From a virus (taxonomy: Duplodnaviria > Caudoviricetes), in the IMG/VR virus record IMGVR_UViG_3300037264_009246, positions 1 to 54,970 of that record: a DNA stretch of 54,970 nt; one strand, written 5' to 3'. Both the position numbers and the translations under genes were made by a program. Positions within the stretch are counted from its first letter, which is position 1; each line of letters begins with the position of its first letter. The notes under the pieces were generated by a model that worked only from the letters and a program-made list of their open reading frames with translations, did not search any database and was not told the DNA's origin. Shown in pieces: positions 37,624-47,719 of this stretch.

Positions 37624-38601
37624 TTATATTCTTGCCCTCCTTAAGAGCCTGAACGCATCCCATAGACCTATTTTCATATCCATACGCCGTGTATTACGCT
37701 GTAATACAAGCGCACTGCCTAAGCCTATCGGTTTTCCCCGTATGAACCTTTCAACTACCTCACGCTCCTTTTCCATCCATGCAAATTCACGCAGTATAGC
37801 ACGCTCATAATCAACAGCAGAGTAAAGGTTTTCCAGTTGAAACAATGCGCTTCTCATGCCGTGTATGATCCCGTCACCGAGCATTGGAGCAACGCAACCT
37901 ATCGCCTCTCCGATGCCCCAGACATTTTCATGCACGAAGGGTCTGCTGCCCCTGGGCGCGGTCTGGCGCACTTTACTGTAGCAGGCACACTTTACACCTT
38001 GTCCGGAAGAATATGGTTGTATCCAGTTTATATCCTTCAATATCTTAATCGGGTCAGTAACAAGACTGCCTGCCCCTATATGAAATTCCGTATCAGATAG
38101 TGGAAAGCTCCACGCATAACCTATCTTGCTGACCTTGATACGCATTTCAGGCAGCAGTTCATCACTGGTCATGCGATACTGATAGCACGGTGATATCAGG
38201 TCATTGGGTATCTTCGGTAAAAATGCACGCGCTACACCCGTAGCGTCAATAACCCTGTCATAATTGAACCTTAACCGTTCAGACGGTTCATATTTTTTTA
38301 TTTCAGCATCACCAAGCAGGTCTTTTATCAGCTTCGGTTTATCGATTGTCAGCATGTACGCTTTTATTTTTATTTCATCGAACCAGATGTGATCAAAAAG
38401 GCGAAGGATATAATCATTGGGGTTCAGCCCTGCCTTTTCAACAAGTTCTTGAAAACCCTTTGTCGTTCCCCAGGCGCAGGGATTAATACCGCAGTTTGTT
38501 TTATGTTCCAGGTCAAATATCGTCACGTCAAACCCATTATTTTTAAGCAGCCTGTACATATACGCGCCAGATATCCCCGCACCTGCGATTGCGATTCTCA
38601 T
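37624..38601 (-). CDS. Geranylgeranyl-reductase-like FAD oxidoreductase
   Basis: GAGISG, IDATG, GYAWSFP and IGEAIGCVAPMLGDGI motifs. Confidence 0.8.
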   Translation of the reverse strand: MRIAIAGAGISGAYMYRLLKNNGFDVTIFDLEHKTNCGINPCAWGTTKGFQELVEKAGLNPNDYILRLFDHIWFDEIKIKAYMLTIDKPKLIKDLLGDAEIKKYEPSERLRFNYDRVIDATGVARAFLPKIPNDLISPCYQYRMTSDELLPEMRIKVSKIGYAWSFPLSDTEFHIGAGSLVTDPIKILKDINWIQPYSSGQGVKCACYSKVRQTAPRGSRPFVHENVWGIGEAIGCVAPMLGDGIIHGMRSALFQLENLYSAVDYERAILREFAWMEKEREVVERFIRGKPIGLGSALVLQRNTRRMDMKIGLWDAFRLLRRARI

Positions 38602-39011
38602 TCTACTTTCACATCCCCTTCCTCAATTGCCATGACTATCACCCTGTATTTTTTATTCTCATTAAGTGTTATAGGACTGATGCCTGGCTTTCCGGCCTGA
38701 TATCCAAGCGTCATACCCCAGTACTGGATAACCAAATCAGAGCGTGGGCCGTGACCTACAATATTTTCATAAACACGGATATTTCCCTTTGTCTTTTCAA
38801 TGTAATCAAGTAAAGTTGGATCCTTAATCTCCAAACCGTCTATTGCCTTTAGAATGCTTGAATACACCCCATTTATTCGCTCTACAGCCTTATCTCCAAG
38901 GCGGGCACACTCTTCCTGGATGAATTTCTTTTCATCTTCTACAGTTTGCCATATCCGTTCTTGAATTATTTTTACGATCTTACCATTATCTTCAGTCATT
39001 TTACTTACCAT
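38598..39011 (-). CDS. Hypothetical protein
   Basis: Coupled in the operon. Confidence 0.55.
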   Translation of the reverse strand: MVSKMTEDNGKIVKIIQERIWQTVEDEKKFIQEECARLGDKAVERINGVYSSILKAIDGLEIKDPTLLDYIEKTKGNIRVYENIVGHGPRSDLVIQYWGMTLGYQAGKPGISPITLNENKKYRVIVMAIEEGDVKVE

Positions 39012-39453
39012 CTCCTAACAATTTAAAATTAATGTCCTTACCCTCTGCTACCTGTTTCAGTATCAAGTCCCCGACCTTAACCTCCCTGCCGTCCGGGAGC
39101 CTGTAAACAATATCATCCAGGAACTCTTTTTCAAATGTCTTGACACCGTATGCCACCGCTTCCAGCTTTGATTTTACATACCAGTACATAACCCGCATAC
39201 TCTGCTTGTAATTAATTCCCTGTGGACTGTTTTTAGGTCTGATGATAGGAGCATCTATCTGAACCCCTACCTTCTTTCGGGTCCCGTTGATATTAGCTTC
39301 AATAATAAAGGCAAGCCTTGGTAGATCATCCCTGAATACTATCCACTGGATGCCCTCAGCTCCATACTCAAGAAGCAACTGCTGGATATCATTCTGTGAT
39401 TTAATAACGTCTATTTCTGTCCTGTCGTAAGGCGGTTTTTTATTGATGATCAT
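39001..39453 (-). CDS. Phage-type hypothetical protein
   Basis: KSQNDIQQLLLEYGA...WYVKSKLEAV...EFL. Confidence 0.6.
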   Translation of the reverse strand: MIINKKPPYDRTEIDVIKSQNDIQQLLLEYGAEGIQWIVFRDDLPRLAFIIEANINGTRKKVGVQIDAPIIRPKNSPQGINYKQSMRVMYWYVKSKLEAVAYGVKTFEKEFLDDIVYRLPDGREVKVGDLILKQVAEGKDINFKLLGDGK

Positions 39454-39624
39454 TTAACTTCCTTTAACAGCTTGCTCGTTTCTTTTGATATTAAATCTGT
39501 TACGTTGTGAAGGTGAAAAAGAGGATTTATTCCATGACGAGTTGCTATTTCCTCATGAGAAAATATCAATGTAACCTCAAAATCCCCATTCTGTTTTATT
39601 GTACATTCTTTTATTTCCATATTT

Positions 39625-40305
39625 TTACCTCAAAATAAAAATAACAGCAAGCAGGTAACTCAATAAGCATAGTAGTCTCAAAGCCATCTCAGGTTTATCT
39701 ATAACAGAAGGCTCCTGCAGTAGATACACATTCTTTCTCCATTTCCTGACGTACCGTGACAGCGTTATCTCAATTCCTGAAATGAGAGCTGCTACTACAG
39801 CCCATGGTAAAAACTCCGGATTAAGTGTAAGTGTATTTACGTAATACCCTGCCATCACCGGCACGAACCCAAAGGATACCGCGAACCAGAAATCAGAATG
39901 GAAGAATCCTTTTGCGAATTTTGCATACGGGTACGCCACAACGAAAAACGTCTGCAGGGGAATTATCCACAGCAGATGCCAGGCAGCCAGTTTTACCATC
40001 CAGATTACACCTATCATCACCGCTGCGCTCACGGCAGCCACACCCAGCGATCTCAGTTCCCAGGGCGTCAGATATTTTACATAACTGCTACCCTGACCAG
40101 GGAGCTGATCAAAAGCATGAGCTGCTATTCCAAGACCAAGGAAGTAAGCTATCATGATCCATGCGAACACGTCCCACCGCTGCACACCTGCTATCCCGAA
40201 CCCAACAGCAAGGAAGCTCAGGCTCATGAAAGTGTATGGCAAATGAAGGATAGTCCAGAACTCAGCTAATTTAGATCCTTCTGCTGAATACCAGGTTTTT
40301 CTCAT
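39625..40305 (-). CDS. Multi-TM protein, divergent UbiA-like prenyltransferase candidate
   Basis: About 7-8 TM segments; LHLPYT and AAHAFDQ motifs; start reset to MRKTWY; Asp-rich motif is degenerate. Confidence 0.5.
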   Translation of the reverse strand: MRKTWYSAEGSKLAEFWTILHLPYTFMSLSFLAVGFGIAGVQRWDVFAWIMIAYFLGLGIAAHAFDQLPGQGSSYVKYLTPWELRSLGVAAVSAAVMIGVIWMVKLAAWHLLWIIPLQTFFVVAYPYAKFAKGFFHSDFWFAVSFGFVPVMAGYYVNTLTLNPEFLPWAVVAALISGIEITLSRYVRKWRKNVYLLQEPSVIDKPEMALRLLCLLSYLLAVIFILR

Positions 40306-40306
40306 C

Positions 40307-40489
40307 TCAAATCCTCTGCGGCAGCATCGGTCTTGGCGGCACGTTGAATTTCTTACACCCATACTGGCACATCACGTTTATTGATTCGCCGCCCCTGGGT
40401 CCCGCAAGCAGCTTCCCGCCACACACCGGGCATTTGCCATTCCAGATCTGTTCTGCCTCTTCCTTCGATACTTCCTTCAATTCGCTCAT
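40307..40489 (-). CDS. Small Zn-ribbon protein
   Basis: CPVCGG...GPRGG...CQYGC. Confidence 0.5.
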   Translation of the reverse strand: MSELKEVSKEEAEQIWNGKCPVCGGKLLAGPRGGESINVMCQYGCKKFNVPPRPMLPQRI

Positions 40490-41001
40490 ATAATTTTCCC
40501 GGCTTTATTTATTGCGTCCCTGGGGAACGTCTCTGTTATGATTAGTTCAACATCACCTGTAATGCGGTAATTCCTTGCTATGACGTTCTCATCTGAATAC
40601 AGGCCGAACACATGCCTTTCCTGTTTCAAGCCTGTGGATTTTATTATTTGCCCGATCCCCATACTACGTTCTCGTATAGCATTCAGGAACCGTTCCGGAT
40701 TGTTTTTATACGGGATGATCGACTCGGCAAGACACGCAGTAACTTCGGTCCCAGGGAAGATCATATCCGTTAGAGGATAAACAGCTACAAGTTTTGTCCA
40801 CCTGAGAATACCTATATCTGGCAATTCCTGCTGTGATAATACCTCAACCTTAACCTGCACACCGAACAGGACCGATAAAAGCGTTTGTACCGTGCCATCA
40901 TGACAGAGTATAACCCTCTCAAGCGGGTTTATTTCTTTAGGTAATTTGTCAATAAGCTGCTGTATGTTCTTTTCGGTTGGCTGTTCCGATATTCCTATCA
41001 T
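40486..41001 (-). CDS. Chorismate pyruvate-lyase-like protein (DUF98/Rv2949c/UbiC fold)
   Basis: ERVILCHDGTVQTLL, AESIIP, GIGQII, RNYRI and ITETFP motifs. Confidence 0.75.
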   Translation of the reverse strand: MIGISEQPTEKNIQQLIDKLPKEINPLERVILCHDGTVQTLLSVLFGVQVKVEVLSQQELPDIGILRWTKLVAVYPLTDMIFPGTEVTACLAESIIPYKNNPERFLNAIRERSMGIGQIIKSTGLKQERHVFGLYSDENVIARNYRITGDVELIITETFPRDAINKAGKII

Positions 41002-41192
41002 TTTTTGGCCTTCGTATTTTTGACCTTTGGTTTTTCAGACTTCACATTTTCACATTCAAGATAATGATCAATCGCCTTACTGAGCGCGTCTTTAGTTGCA
41101 TGTTCGCCGGTGCATTCTTTCAATTCACTTAACCTTTCTTCCTCTATAATAGTCTGAACGTGTACGAGTTTTGCCATTATATCACCGTACAT
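40998..41192 (-). CDS. DUF5371-like small regulator
   Basis: KLVHVQT...LKECTGEHATKDALSKAIDHYLEC. Confidence 0.6.
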   Translation of the reverse strand: MYGDIMAKLVHVQTIIEEERLSELKECTGEHATKDALSKAIDHYLECENVKSEKPKVKNTKAKK

Positions 41193-41346
41193 GATAATGC
41201 ATAATCATATAAAAAAGTTACCATTTGTTTTATTTACACAAAGTATATATAATTAAAAGTTGTCTATTTAATTGTGTTGTGGGCAGGTTAATCTTTTTTT
41301 ACCAAACACTAACCCCCACTCCCCCCTGCCCCAACACTCCTATCCA

Positions 41347-42738
41347 TCACCTGCGCCCTTTTTCTATTTGCTCCATTCTTCTCGTCAGCTCATCGATTAC
41401 ATTCATTAACTGCGCGACACCTGGTACCTGCGCTCCGGGTATGGCTTCTTCAAACTCCTTCTGTATCCTTTCAATTCTCGATTTATGCTCAGGTATGATA
41501 TAAATTTCCCAATCCTTGATTGTTTTAAGAGCTTTTTTCTCATCCATATCCGCTGCGTATGTATCAAGCGCAGTTTTATCATTTGTCCATCCACCCATAG
41601 CCGAAAGGGTTTTTAAGCCGCCTATTGCGTATATTGCTGCCGACCATGTGTGTCTCAGACCATACAGGATATAATCTTTTTCAGATTTAATTAAACCCTT
41701 TGATTTCAGGGCCTCCCGCCTGCGTCTTATAAATTCGTCATAAGAGCCAAGTGCTGCAAAATCCTTAAAAATATACCCTCTGCCTGTCATATTATTTTCA
41801 CGGCACCATTTCAATAAGTCATCGCGCAGACCTGCCGATATATAAACAAAAGTTGGCGGGAATTTTTTAGCTACCTCTTCTCCTATTTTCTTTTTTTCTC
41901 TATCGTATAACTTCAGGGATGCAATCGTGTAGAATGTCCGGTCAAGTGCGTCTGTTACTGGTTTGTCCTCAATATCACCACAGGTCATATAATATGCCTG
42001 TATAGGTCTGAGTCCTGTCTGTAACATCAGCCTGGAAAACAGTGTATGGTATGGTTTGGCTCCAAAAAGTATTGAATTAAAAAACTCATTTAATTCCTGT
42101 TCATTATATAATTCAACAGCACCCGGACTTTTTGGCATTTCAACTTGTAATCCTGTGAATGGGTTGCTCATAACGTATCGTTCAATATCCAGGAATTTCC
42201 CGAAACCCATAAGACTCGATCTGATCTGCGCTCGAGAGAACTCACTATCGCTTACAGCAATAGCGAACGCTTTTCCATCGCTTGATGTTATACCGTACCG
42301 TAATTTTGCACCTGGGACCGGGCGTTCCAGGTCTTTCATAGTTATTTTTTTATTCTCCCGCTCTGATAACCACTGAACGAACATTGCAGGATACCTTACA
42401 GCAATATCGTATGATTGCCAGCTTTTGTATTTCTTAAGAGATACTACATAATGTTGAAGTATGGCTTTTTTCACCTGTTCATCCGCGTTTATCTCCTTTA
42501 CCGCTTCTGACATTATTTTATAATAATCATCCTTTATTTTAGGTATTATTTGTAATTTTATTCGTGCGTTTGTGTAGAGTGATTTCCACTTTGGGCCAAC
42601 TAAAATAGGTCTCTGGATTGGGCCAGCGGGTCCACCAACTTTAGAATAACCCATCCTTGCACCCCTGAAAAAATATTCACCCGGTCCGCGTCCTTTTCCT
42701 TCCGGATCGGTTTCATAATACTTAGGTTGAGAAACCAT
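41347..42738 (-). CDS. Large tyrosine recombinase/integrase
   Basis: QTGLRP, YGLRHTWS, GGW and DTY catalytic pattern. Confidence 0.85.
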   Translation of the reverse strand: MVSQPKYYETDPEGKGRGPGEYFFRGARMGYSKVGGPAGPIQRPILVGPKWKSLYTNARIKLQIIPKIKDDYYKIMSEAVKEINADEQVKKAILQHYVVSLKKYKSWQSYDIAVRYPAMFVQWLSERENKKITMKDLERPVPGAKLRYGITSSDGKAFAIAVSDSEFSRAQIRSSLMGFGKFLDIERYVMSNPFTGLQVEMPKSPGAVELYNEQELNEFFNSILFGAKPYHTLFSRLMLQTGLRPIQAYYMTCGDIEDKPVTDALDRTFYTIASLKLYDREKKKIGEEVAKKFPPTFVYISAGLRDDLLKWCRENNMTGRGYIFKDFAALGSYDEFIRRRREALKSKGLIKSEKDYILYGLRHTWSAAIYAIGGLKTLSAMGGWTNDKTALDTYAADMDEKKALKTIKDWEIYIIPEHKSRIERIQKEFEEAIPGAQVPGVAQLMNVIDELTRRMEQIEKGRR

Positions 42739-42741
42739 TTT

Positions 42742-44550
42742 TTATCTCCTTGCTAAGATTTCCCCGATCTGTTTATCTATCAGCTCATGAAGCTCTGTTT
42801 TTTCAGTTTCGGTTAGTCTGTTCGATAGATTCACTATACCCTGTAGTTGTCCAAGTTCATCGATGTCCTCTTCATTATATATGAACGGTTCAAAGTCGGC
42901 AAATGTCCATAATTTATAATCTTGAGGCGGTTCCTGGATCCTGTCGTCCTCACGCAGCCTGCTCGCTGCAGCCAGTTTAAGTTCTCTGTCCTGTTCCTCG
43001 GCCTGCTTCCTGATATCAGGCCCTCCTTTTCTGATTTGTACTTCCCGCTGTTCTACGATCTGCCTTAGCTGTATTCTGTCTCTCGGTGTCGTTACTTCAG
43101 ATTCGCTTATGTGTTTTTCAAGTTCAAGCAGATCTTCTAAATCAGTTGTACGGCTTATGATATGTTTAAAATCATCAACAGTCCAGTTTTTATAGACCCG
43201 AATGACTTCTTTTTTCTTTTCTTCCGGCCCAATCAAAATCCTTGCTGCCTTTATTTTTTCTTCTTTTGATAATCTTGAAATATCATCCAGTGTTATGACT
43301 TTACCAGGTTCCATACGTTTTCCAAGTGATGTCCACATACACTCTATCAGCTTCTTGCGTTCCTCCATTGGTAGTTCTGATAATTTCTCCCTGAGATATT
43401 CGGCTGATGGTTCACCGGCTATGTTTCCAGTGACTTGATAATTCCATATCTTATCCATTAAAAGATCATAAACACCTTTATTAAACTCACTTGCCGGGTC
43501 TATTTGTAACAGTCGTGATAATTCATCTACCCTTGATGATGATATTATTTCTTTATTCTTTATACTCCACGCAAGGGCCTCAACGAAATATACGTAAGGT
43601 GCAGATCCGGAACATCTCTGCCCTGTTTTGGCTGCATGTTCAAAACAGTCCTTTGCTATGACATATCCAGATTCCCACTCTTTGCTTTTTTTAGGTGCAA
43701 CATATTTCTCTGGAATTTCACCCGCCATCCCGCCACCCCGCGCCCGGCGCCTTTTCTCTTCATCGATCTTATCCTTGATTTCTTTCCTCATCAGCTCGAG
43801 ATCCTCAACCCCTTTTATAACAAGTGGTTTTGAAACCGCTTCTTCGGGTTCTACCATGCGTTCTTTGCGCTCTTCAGTCTTTTTAAGTTCAAATTCACCT
43901 TTTTTAACCGCGTTATAAAAATCTTCTGCGGTTTTATATTTTCCCCTTATAAGTTTATAGACATTGGCTGTATTTGGTGATGGAACGCTCTCTAATTTAC
44001 CCATGATCATTGCCATAGAGAATGAATCCGCTGTCGGGTATTTTTTAGATTCTGCTGCAAGATCGTTCAGGAGATCAGGATATGATTTGCCATCAATTAA
44101 ATCACCTGATTTTCTTGATCTGATTTCTTTATCATACTGTTCCTGGGTTATCACCCCGATCTCAACAAGAAGCTTCCCGGACTCTATATCATTTTCATCC
44201 CTGAATAAACCCATCAATCCTTTTTGAACGGTTGGATTCTTTGAATATTCATCACCATTGACTGCTAAATCAAGCATTTCACACGCAAGTTTGTCACCTG
44301 ATTTGCACCTGGTACTTAAAATACGTACCCTGAACTCTGTTGATATAATAACCGTTTGTGTAAGCCACGCTACCTGCTTCCTGGGAATTACAGATATATA
44401 TTCTTTTATCCGGTTGTATATTACTGTCTCGGGGTACAGCCCAAGATTGTTCTGCACTTCATTTAAAAACGCTGTCAGTTCTTTGGGTATTGGTTTTTCC
44501 TTATCTGTTGATTCTGCAAATTCCATAAATCCTCTTGTGGTACCAGGCAT
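42742..44550 (-). CDS. Large charged hypothetical protein
   Basis: 602-aa ORF with C-terminal repeats YK(N/L)WT..DF...I. Confidence 0.75.
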   Translation of the reverse strand: MPGTTRGFMEFAESTDKEKPIPKELTAFLNEVQNNLGLYPETVIYNRIKEYISVIPRKQVAWLTQTVIISTEFRVRILSTRCKSGDKLACEMLDLAVNGDEYSKNPTVQKGLMGLFRDENDIESGKLLVEIGVITQEQYDKEIRSRKSGDLIDGKSYPDLLNDLAAESKKYPTADSFSMAMIMGKLESVPSPNTANVYKLIRGKYKTAEDFYNAVKKGEFELKKTEERKERMVEPEEAVSKPLVIKGVEDLELMRKEIKDKIDEEKRRRARGGGMAGEIPEKYVAPKKSKEWESGYVIAKDCFEHAAKTGQRCSGSAPYVYFVEALAWSIKNKEIISSSRVDELSRLLQIDPASEFNKGVYDLLMDKIWNYQVTGNIAGEPSAEYLREKLSELPMEERKKLIECMWTSLGKRMEPGKVITLDDISRLSKEEKIKAARILIGPEEKKKEVIRVYKNWTVDDFKHIISRTTDLEDLLELEKHISESEVTTPRDRIQLRQIVEQREVQIRKGGPDIRKQAEEQDRELKLAAASRLREDDRIQEPPQDYKLWTFADFEPFIYNEEDIDELGQLQGIVNLSNRLTETEKTELHELIDKQIGEILARR

Positions 44551-44743
44551 CCGGTGTATGCAGCGTTCACATAGTTTACCACGGTGTTATACAACATTTC
44601 GTCCTGCTGCATCAAATATACTAACCTTGCAATAATTATATCTTTCTCTTTCAAAATAAGATAATTTATGAGTTATGATATAAAATAGTTATGCCAAAAA
44701 AAGAAAAAGAGTATAAGGTTTGAACCTTAACTCTGTCTGCCGA

Positions 44744-44935
44744 TTAAGCCTTTGCTCTATACTTTGCGACCATGTTTTCAACAGTGAGCGCACGCTTTTT
44801 GGCGTCATGCAAGCACTGTGCAACTGCAAGGAAGCCCTGATCTGATCTGTCGCCGCATGTTGCGTAGTTATCGACACCGAATCTTGTTATACCTTCGCGG
44901 TATGCTTCGGCTGCCTGTTCTTTTGAAAGTACCAT
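44744..44935 (-). CDS. Small helical hypothetical protein
   Basis: GGTGA RBS. Confidence 0.55.
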   Translation of the reverse strand: MVLSKEQAAEAYREGITRFGVDNYATCGDRSDQGFLAVAQCLHDAKKRALTVENMVAKYRAKA

Positions 44936-45000
44936 TTTAAATCACCAGGTTAAAATTGTCACCATTAAATATATACTTGTGTGTGACACTTGTATCCAGT

Positions 45001-45231
45001 ATGCCAAGAATACAATTCAGGCTCAGTGACGAGCTGAACACTTTTGTTGAAAGTCGGGCTAAGGAGAGTAAAATATCACCGAGCGAATATCTCAGACTTT
45101 TGATCGTTCGTGATATTGATGATACTACGCGAGCTAAAAATCTGGCACTTGAAGAAGTCAATAAACAACTGGAAGAGCTTCAGAAAGATGTTGTAAAGCT
45201 TCAGGATATAAAGAAGCTGCTGGCATACTAA
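45001..45231 (+). CDS. CopG/RHH protein with coiled coil
   Basis: MPRIQFRLSDEL...SPSEYLRLLI. Confidence 0.65.
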   Translation: MPRIQFRLSDELNTFVESRAKESKISPSEYLRLLIVRDIDDTTRAKNLALEEVNKQLEELQKDVVKLQDIKKLLAY

Positions 45232-46259
45232 GGTTTCTCATCCCACATTTTCTCTGATGACATTCGTTGTTCTCTTCTTTCTTGATCTAAACGCCTTTTA
45301 GTCTCATCACCAACTATTCCTTCAGCCAGCTTCCTGCTCACCCTCTGTATGCATTCTGCATATTCCTTTTGATCTGGTGATAGCCCTAACAGCTTGGTGC
45401 ATAATCCAGCAGCTTCATTCTGCGCCCATGTACTCTCCTGGATGGCTTTTACCCTCTGATCATGTGACAGTCCGGGTTCGTCTCTTGCCTGCATTACCGT
45501 TTCGGGTGCCAGTACCTTGATCCTCACGCCTTCAATATCAACTTCAGTTAAGTCCTCACCGCAGTAATCCTTAATCGTGGACATTGCTGCTTTCATTGCA
45601 ATATCGCATTTATCATCTACTTTATCAGTTTCCATAACTCTTTCAATTCCTCCAATTCCTGTTCCTGGCATCCTGCCAGCCTCTTTATAAGAATAATATC
45701 CTTCTTTACCAATAATAAGGGCATCGATCACATCTATTCCCAGCAGCCTGAACCCTTCAGACAGTTTTGTTCTGATACTATCATCCTCAGTTGATGGAGT
45801 GGGTATTCCTGATGGATGATTGTGTATAAGCATAACACCGGCTGCGTTGGCAAGGACCGCGCCCTTGACCGCTTCCCTGGGATGAATGAGAGCTGCGTTT
45901 AACGTGCCCTCGCTTATGTTCTCAACTCCGATAACGCGGGTCTTGTTATCCAGGTAAATTACCTTGAACCGCTCCCGGTCATAATCCTCCATCTCGCGCA
46001 CGAACTTGGCCACATCTTCAGGGACAGAGAGTTTTATGTTAGGCACGTTCCTGATCTGCTTGAGCTGGACCCTGTGGGTGTCAAGATCCCTCTTGATAAG
46101 CTTCTCCCCGCCGGTTGGTTCAGGGTATGTGACCGCATGGAACTGAGGGCATGAATCTTTGATTATAAATGACCCGTCCTCTGGCGGTGGGTACTTGATA
46201 ACCTTCTTTTCCTTTTCCTTTTTCACGTCCTCATCCTTCTTTTCAGTATCATCGTTCAT
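45228..46259 (-). CDS. radC: RadC-like JAB-domain protein with extensions
   Basis: RERF, GTLN..LIHPRE and HNHPSG.PTPSTEDD motifs; start reset to MNDDTE. Confidence 0.85.
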   Translation of the reverse strand: MNDDTEKKDEDVKKEKEKKVIKYPPPEDGSFIIKDSCPQFHAVTYPEPTGGEKLIKRDLDTHRVQLKQIRNVPNIKLSVPEDVAKFVREMEDYDRERFKVIYLDNKTRVIGVENISEGTLNAALIHPREAVKGAVLANAAGVMLIHNHPSGIPTPSTEDDSIRTKLSEGFRLLGIDVIDALIIGKEGYYSYKEAGRMPGTGIGGIERVMETDKVDDKCDIAMKAAMSTIKDYCGEDLTEVDIEGVRIKVLAPETVMQARDEPGLSHDQRVKAIQESTWAQNEAAGLCTKLLGLSPDQKEYAECIQRVSRKLAEGIVGDETKRRLDQERREQRMSSEKMWDEKP

Positions 46260-46596
46260 AGGGTTTCTTTGCCTGGCTTTTCTTCCGTTCTTCTTCTCTC
46301 TTCTGCTTTTCGATCTCATTTAATATTTGAGTCTGGATATCAGCAATGAGATTTACCATTTTATTAAACTTACTTGAATGTTCTGCCTCTTGATCTGCAA
46401 TACTTTCCAGAGCATTAACCATTGAAGAATCAACTAAACTTCTTGCTACATTAGCCCATTGCCTGTACTTTCTGGCGGTATCCGATTCTTCTGTTACAAC
46501 ACCTTTAAAATTTTGTTTTAATCTTTCAAGGTCGTTGCGCCTGCTGTTGAGCTTACTTATATCAGCCATTTTAATCACCAAATAACCCACCCTCAA
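46249..46596 (-). CDS. Ferritin/rubrerythrin-like helical protein (start probably MADISK)
   Basis: EE..TARKY...IADQEAEH (ExxH). Confidence 0.5.
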   Translation of the reverse strand: MRVGYLVIKMADISKLNSRRNDLERLKQNFKGVVTEESDTARKYRQWANVARSLVDSSMVNALESIADQEAEHSSKFNKMVNLIADIQTQILNEIEKQKREEERKKSQAKKPYER

Positions 46597-46682
46597 AAAT
46601 CAGTTGTCGAGACTGCATATTTCAGGGCGGGTAATACTATTATATAGAATTACAGCATATTAATAGTTGTCGAGATTGCATA

Positions 46683-47354
46683 ATGTATACAGATGAACAT
46701 AGAATGAAAATTGCTGATGCACTTAGGGATAGAAAAAGACCCCTTGAAGTTAGATTGAAGATTTCATCTACAAGAAAGGATAAAATGTCCAAAGGTGAAA
46801 TTATACCTTGGAATAAAGGTAAAAAATGTCCACAAATATCAGATGCAATCAAGGGTGATAAACACCCTCAGTTTGGTAAGATCCCTTGGAATAAAAATCC
46901 ATATCCACTGATACCGGATTTATGCGCCTGTGGATGTAAAGAAGTGGTGTGGAGTGGAAGATCATTTCTTCAAGGTCATGGAGCAAAGTTAAAACCCTGG
47001 AATAAAGGTGAAAAAACATACCAAACTCCGTGGAATAAAGGGAGAACAAATGTTTACTCTAAAGAACTTCTAAATAAATGGTCTGAATTACGTAAAGGTG
47101 AAAATGCGTCTAACTGGAAAGGTGGAGAAAAATTAGCCCGAGCAAGAAAAAATAATAAACGAAGAGATCTTGGTACTGTTTTAATATTAGATAAAAATCC
47201 TTTCAATGAGCCTATAGAATATCATCATATACACCCTTCATTGCCTTATGTAATCCCTGTTCCAGAAAGAATACATAAAATGTTTTACAGTGATAAAGAG
47301 CATCACAATAATGTAAATGCTTTTATGGGATTAAAGTTTCAAGTTCTAATCTAA
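46683..47354 (+). CDS. NUMOD3-repeat HNH-like homing endonuclease
   Basis: Repeated PWNKG, KGENASNWKGG, CACGC and EYHHIH motifs; opposite strand; AT-rich. Confidence 0.75.
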   Translation: MYTDEHRMKIADALRDRKRPLEVRLKISSTRKDKMSKGEIIPWNKGKKCPQISDAIKGDKHPQFGKIPWNKNPYPLIPDLCACGCKEVVWSGRSFLQGHGAKLKPWNKGEKTYQTPWNKGRTNVYSKELLNKWSELRKGENASNWKGGEKLARARKNNKRRDLGTVLILDKNPFNEPIEYHHIHPSLPYVIPVPERIHKMFYSDKEHHNNVNAFMGLKFQVLI

Positions 47355-47706
47355 CTCGTTCCTTTATCTTTTGAATTTCATCATCTGTAAATTCTTCACG
47401 TTTTCTCTTCCCCGATTCCATTTCTTTATAAATTCTTACGCCCACCAATGCTGACTGCACTAAATTTTTACAACCACTACAAGGAGCCACTTTATATGCT
47501 TCTATAAGGTGATGCTCATATTTCCGGATCTTTGTATCCATGATGCTTTCCTTGCTGGGTTCTTCCCTGACCTCGGATTCCTGCTTTGCCTTCTCCATCT
47601 CCCCGGCATTCTTCAGCGGATCGAACAGCACCACGGGCATGTCTTTGGTAAGGTCGCCTAATATCCCTAATGGGTCCGGTACTGGAATACGTATCTTTTC
47701 TTGCAT
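47323..47706 (-). CDS. Hypothetical protein (CxxC)
   Basis: Member of the operon. Confidence 0.55.
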   Translation of the reverse strand: MQEKIRIPVPDPLGILGDLTKDMPVVLFDPLKNAGEMEKAKQESEVREEPSKESIMDTKIRKYEHHLIEAYKVAPCSGCKNLVQSALVGVRIYKEMESGKRKREEFTDDEIQKIKERVRLELETLIP

Positions 47707-47719
47707 TTCACTTCATCCT

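Noticed and set aside
41193-41346. tRNA-derived attP next to the integrase
   Set aside because: No tRNA-like sequence is recognisable here or elsewhere by eye; tRNAscan was not run.
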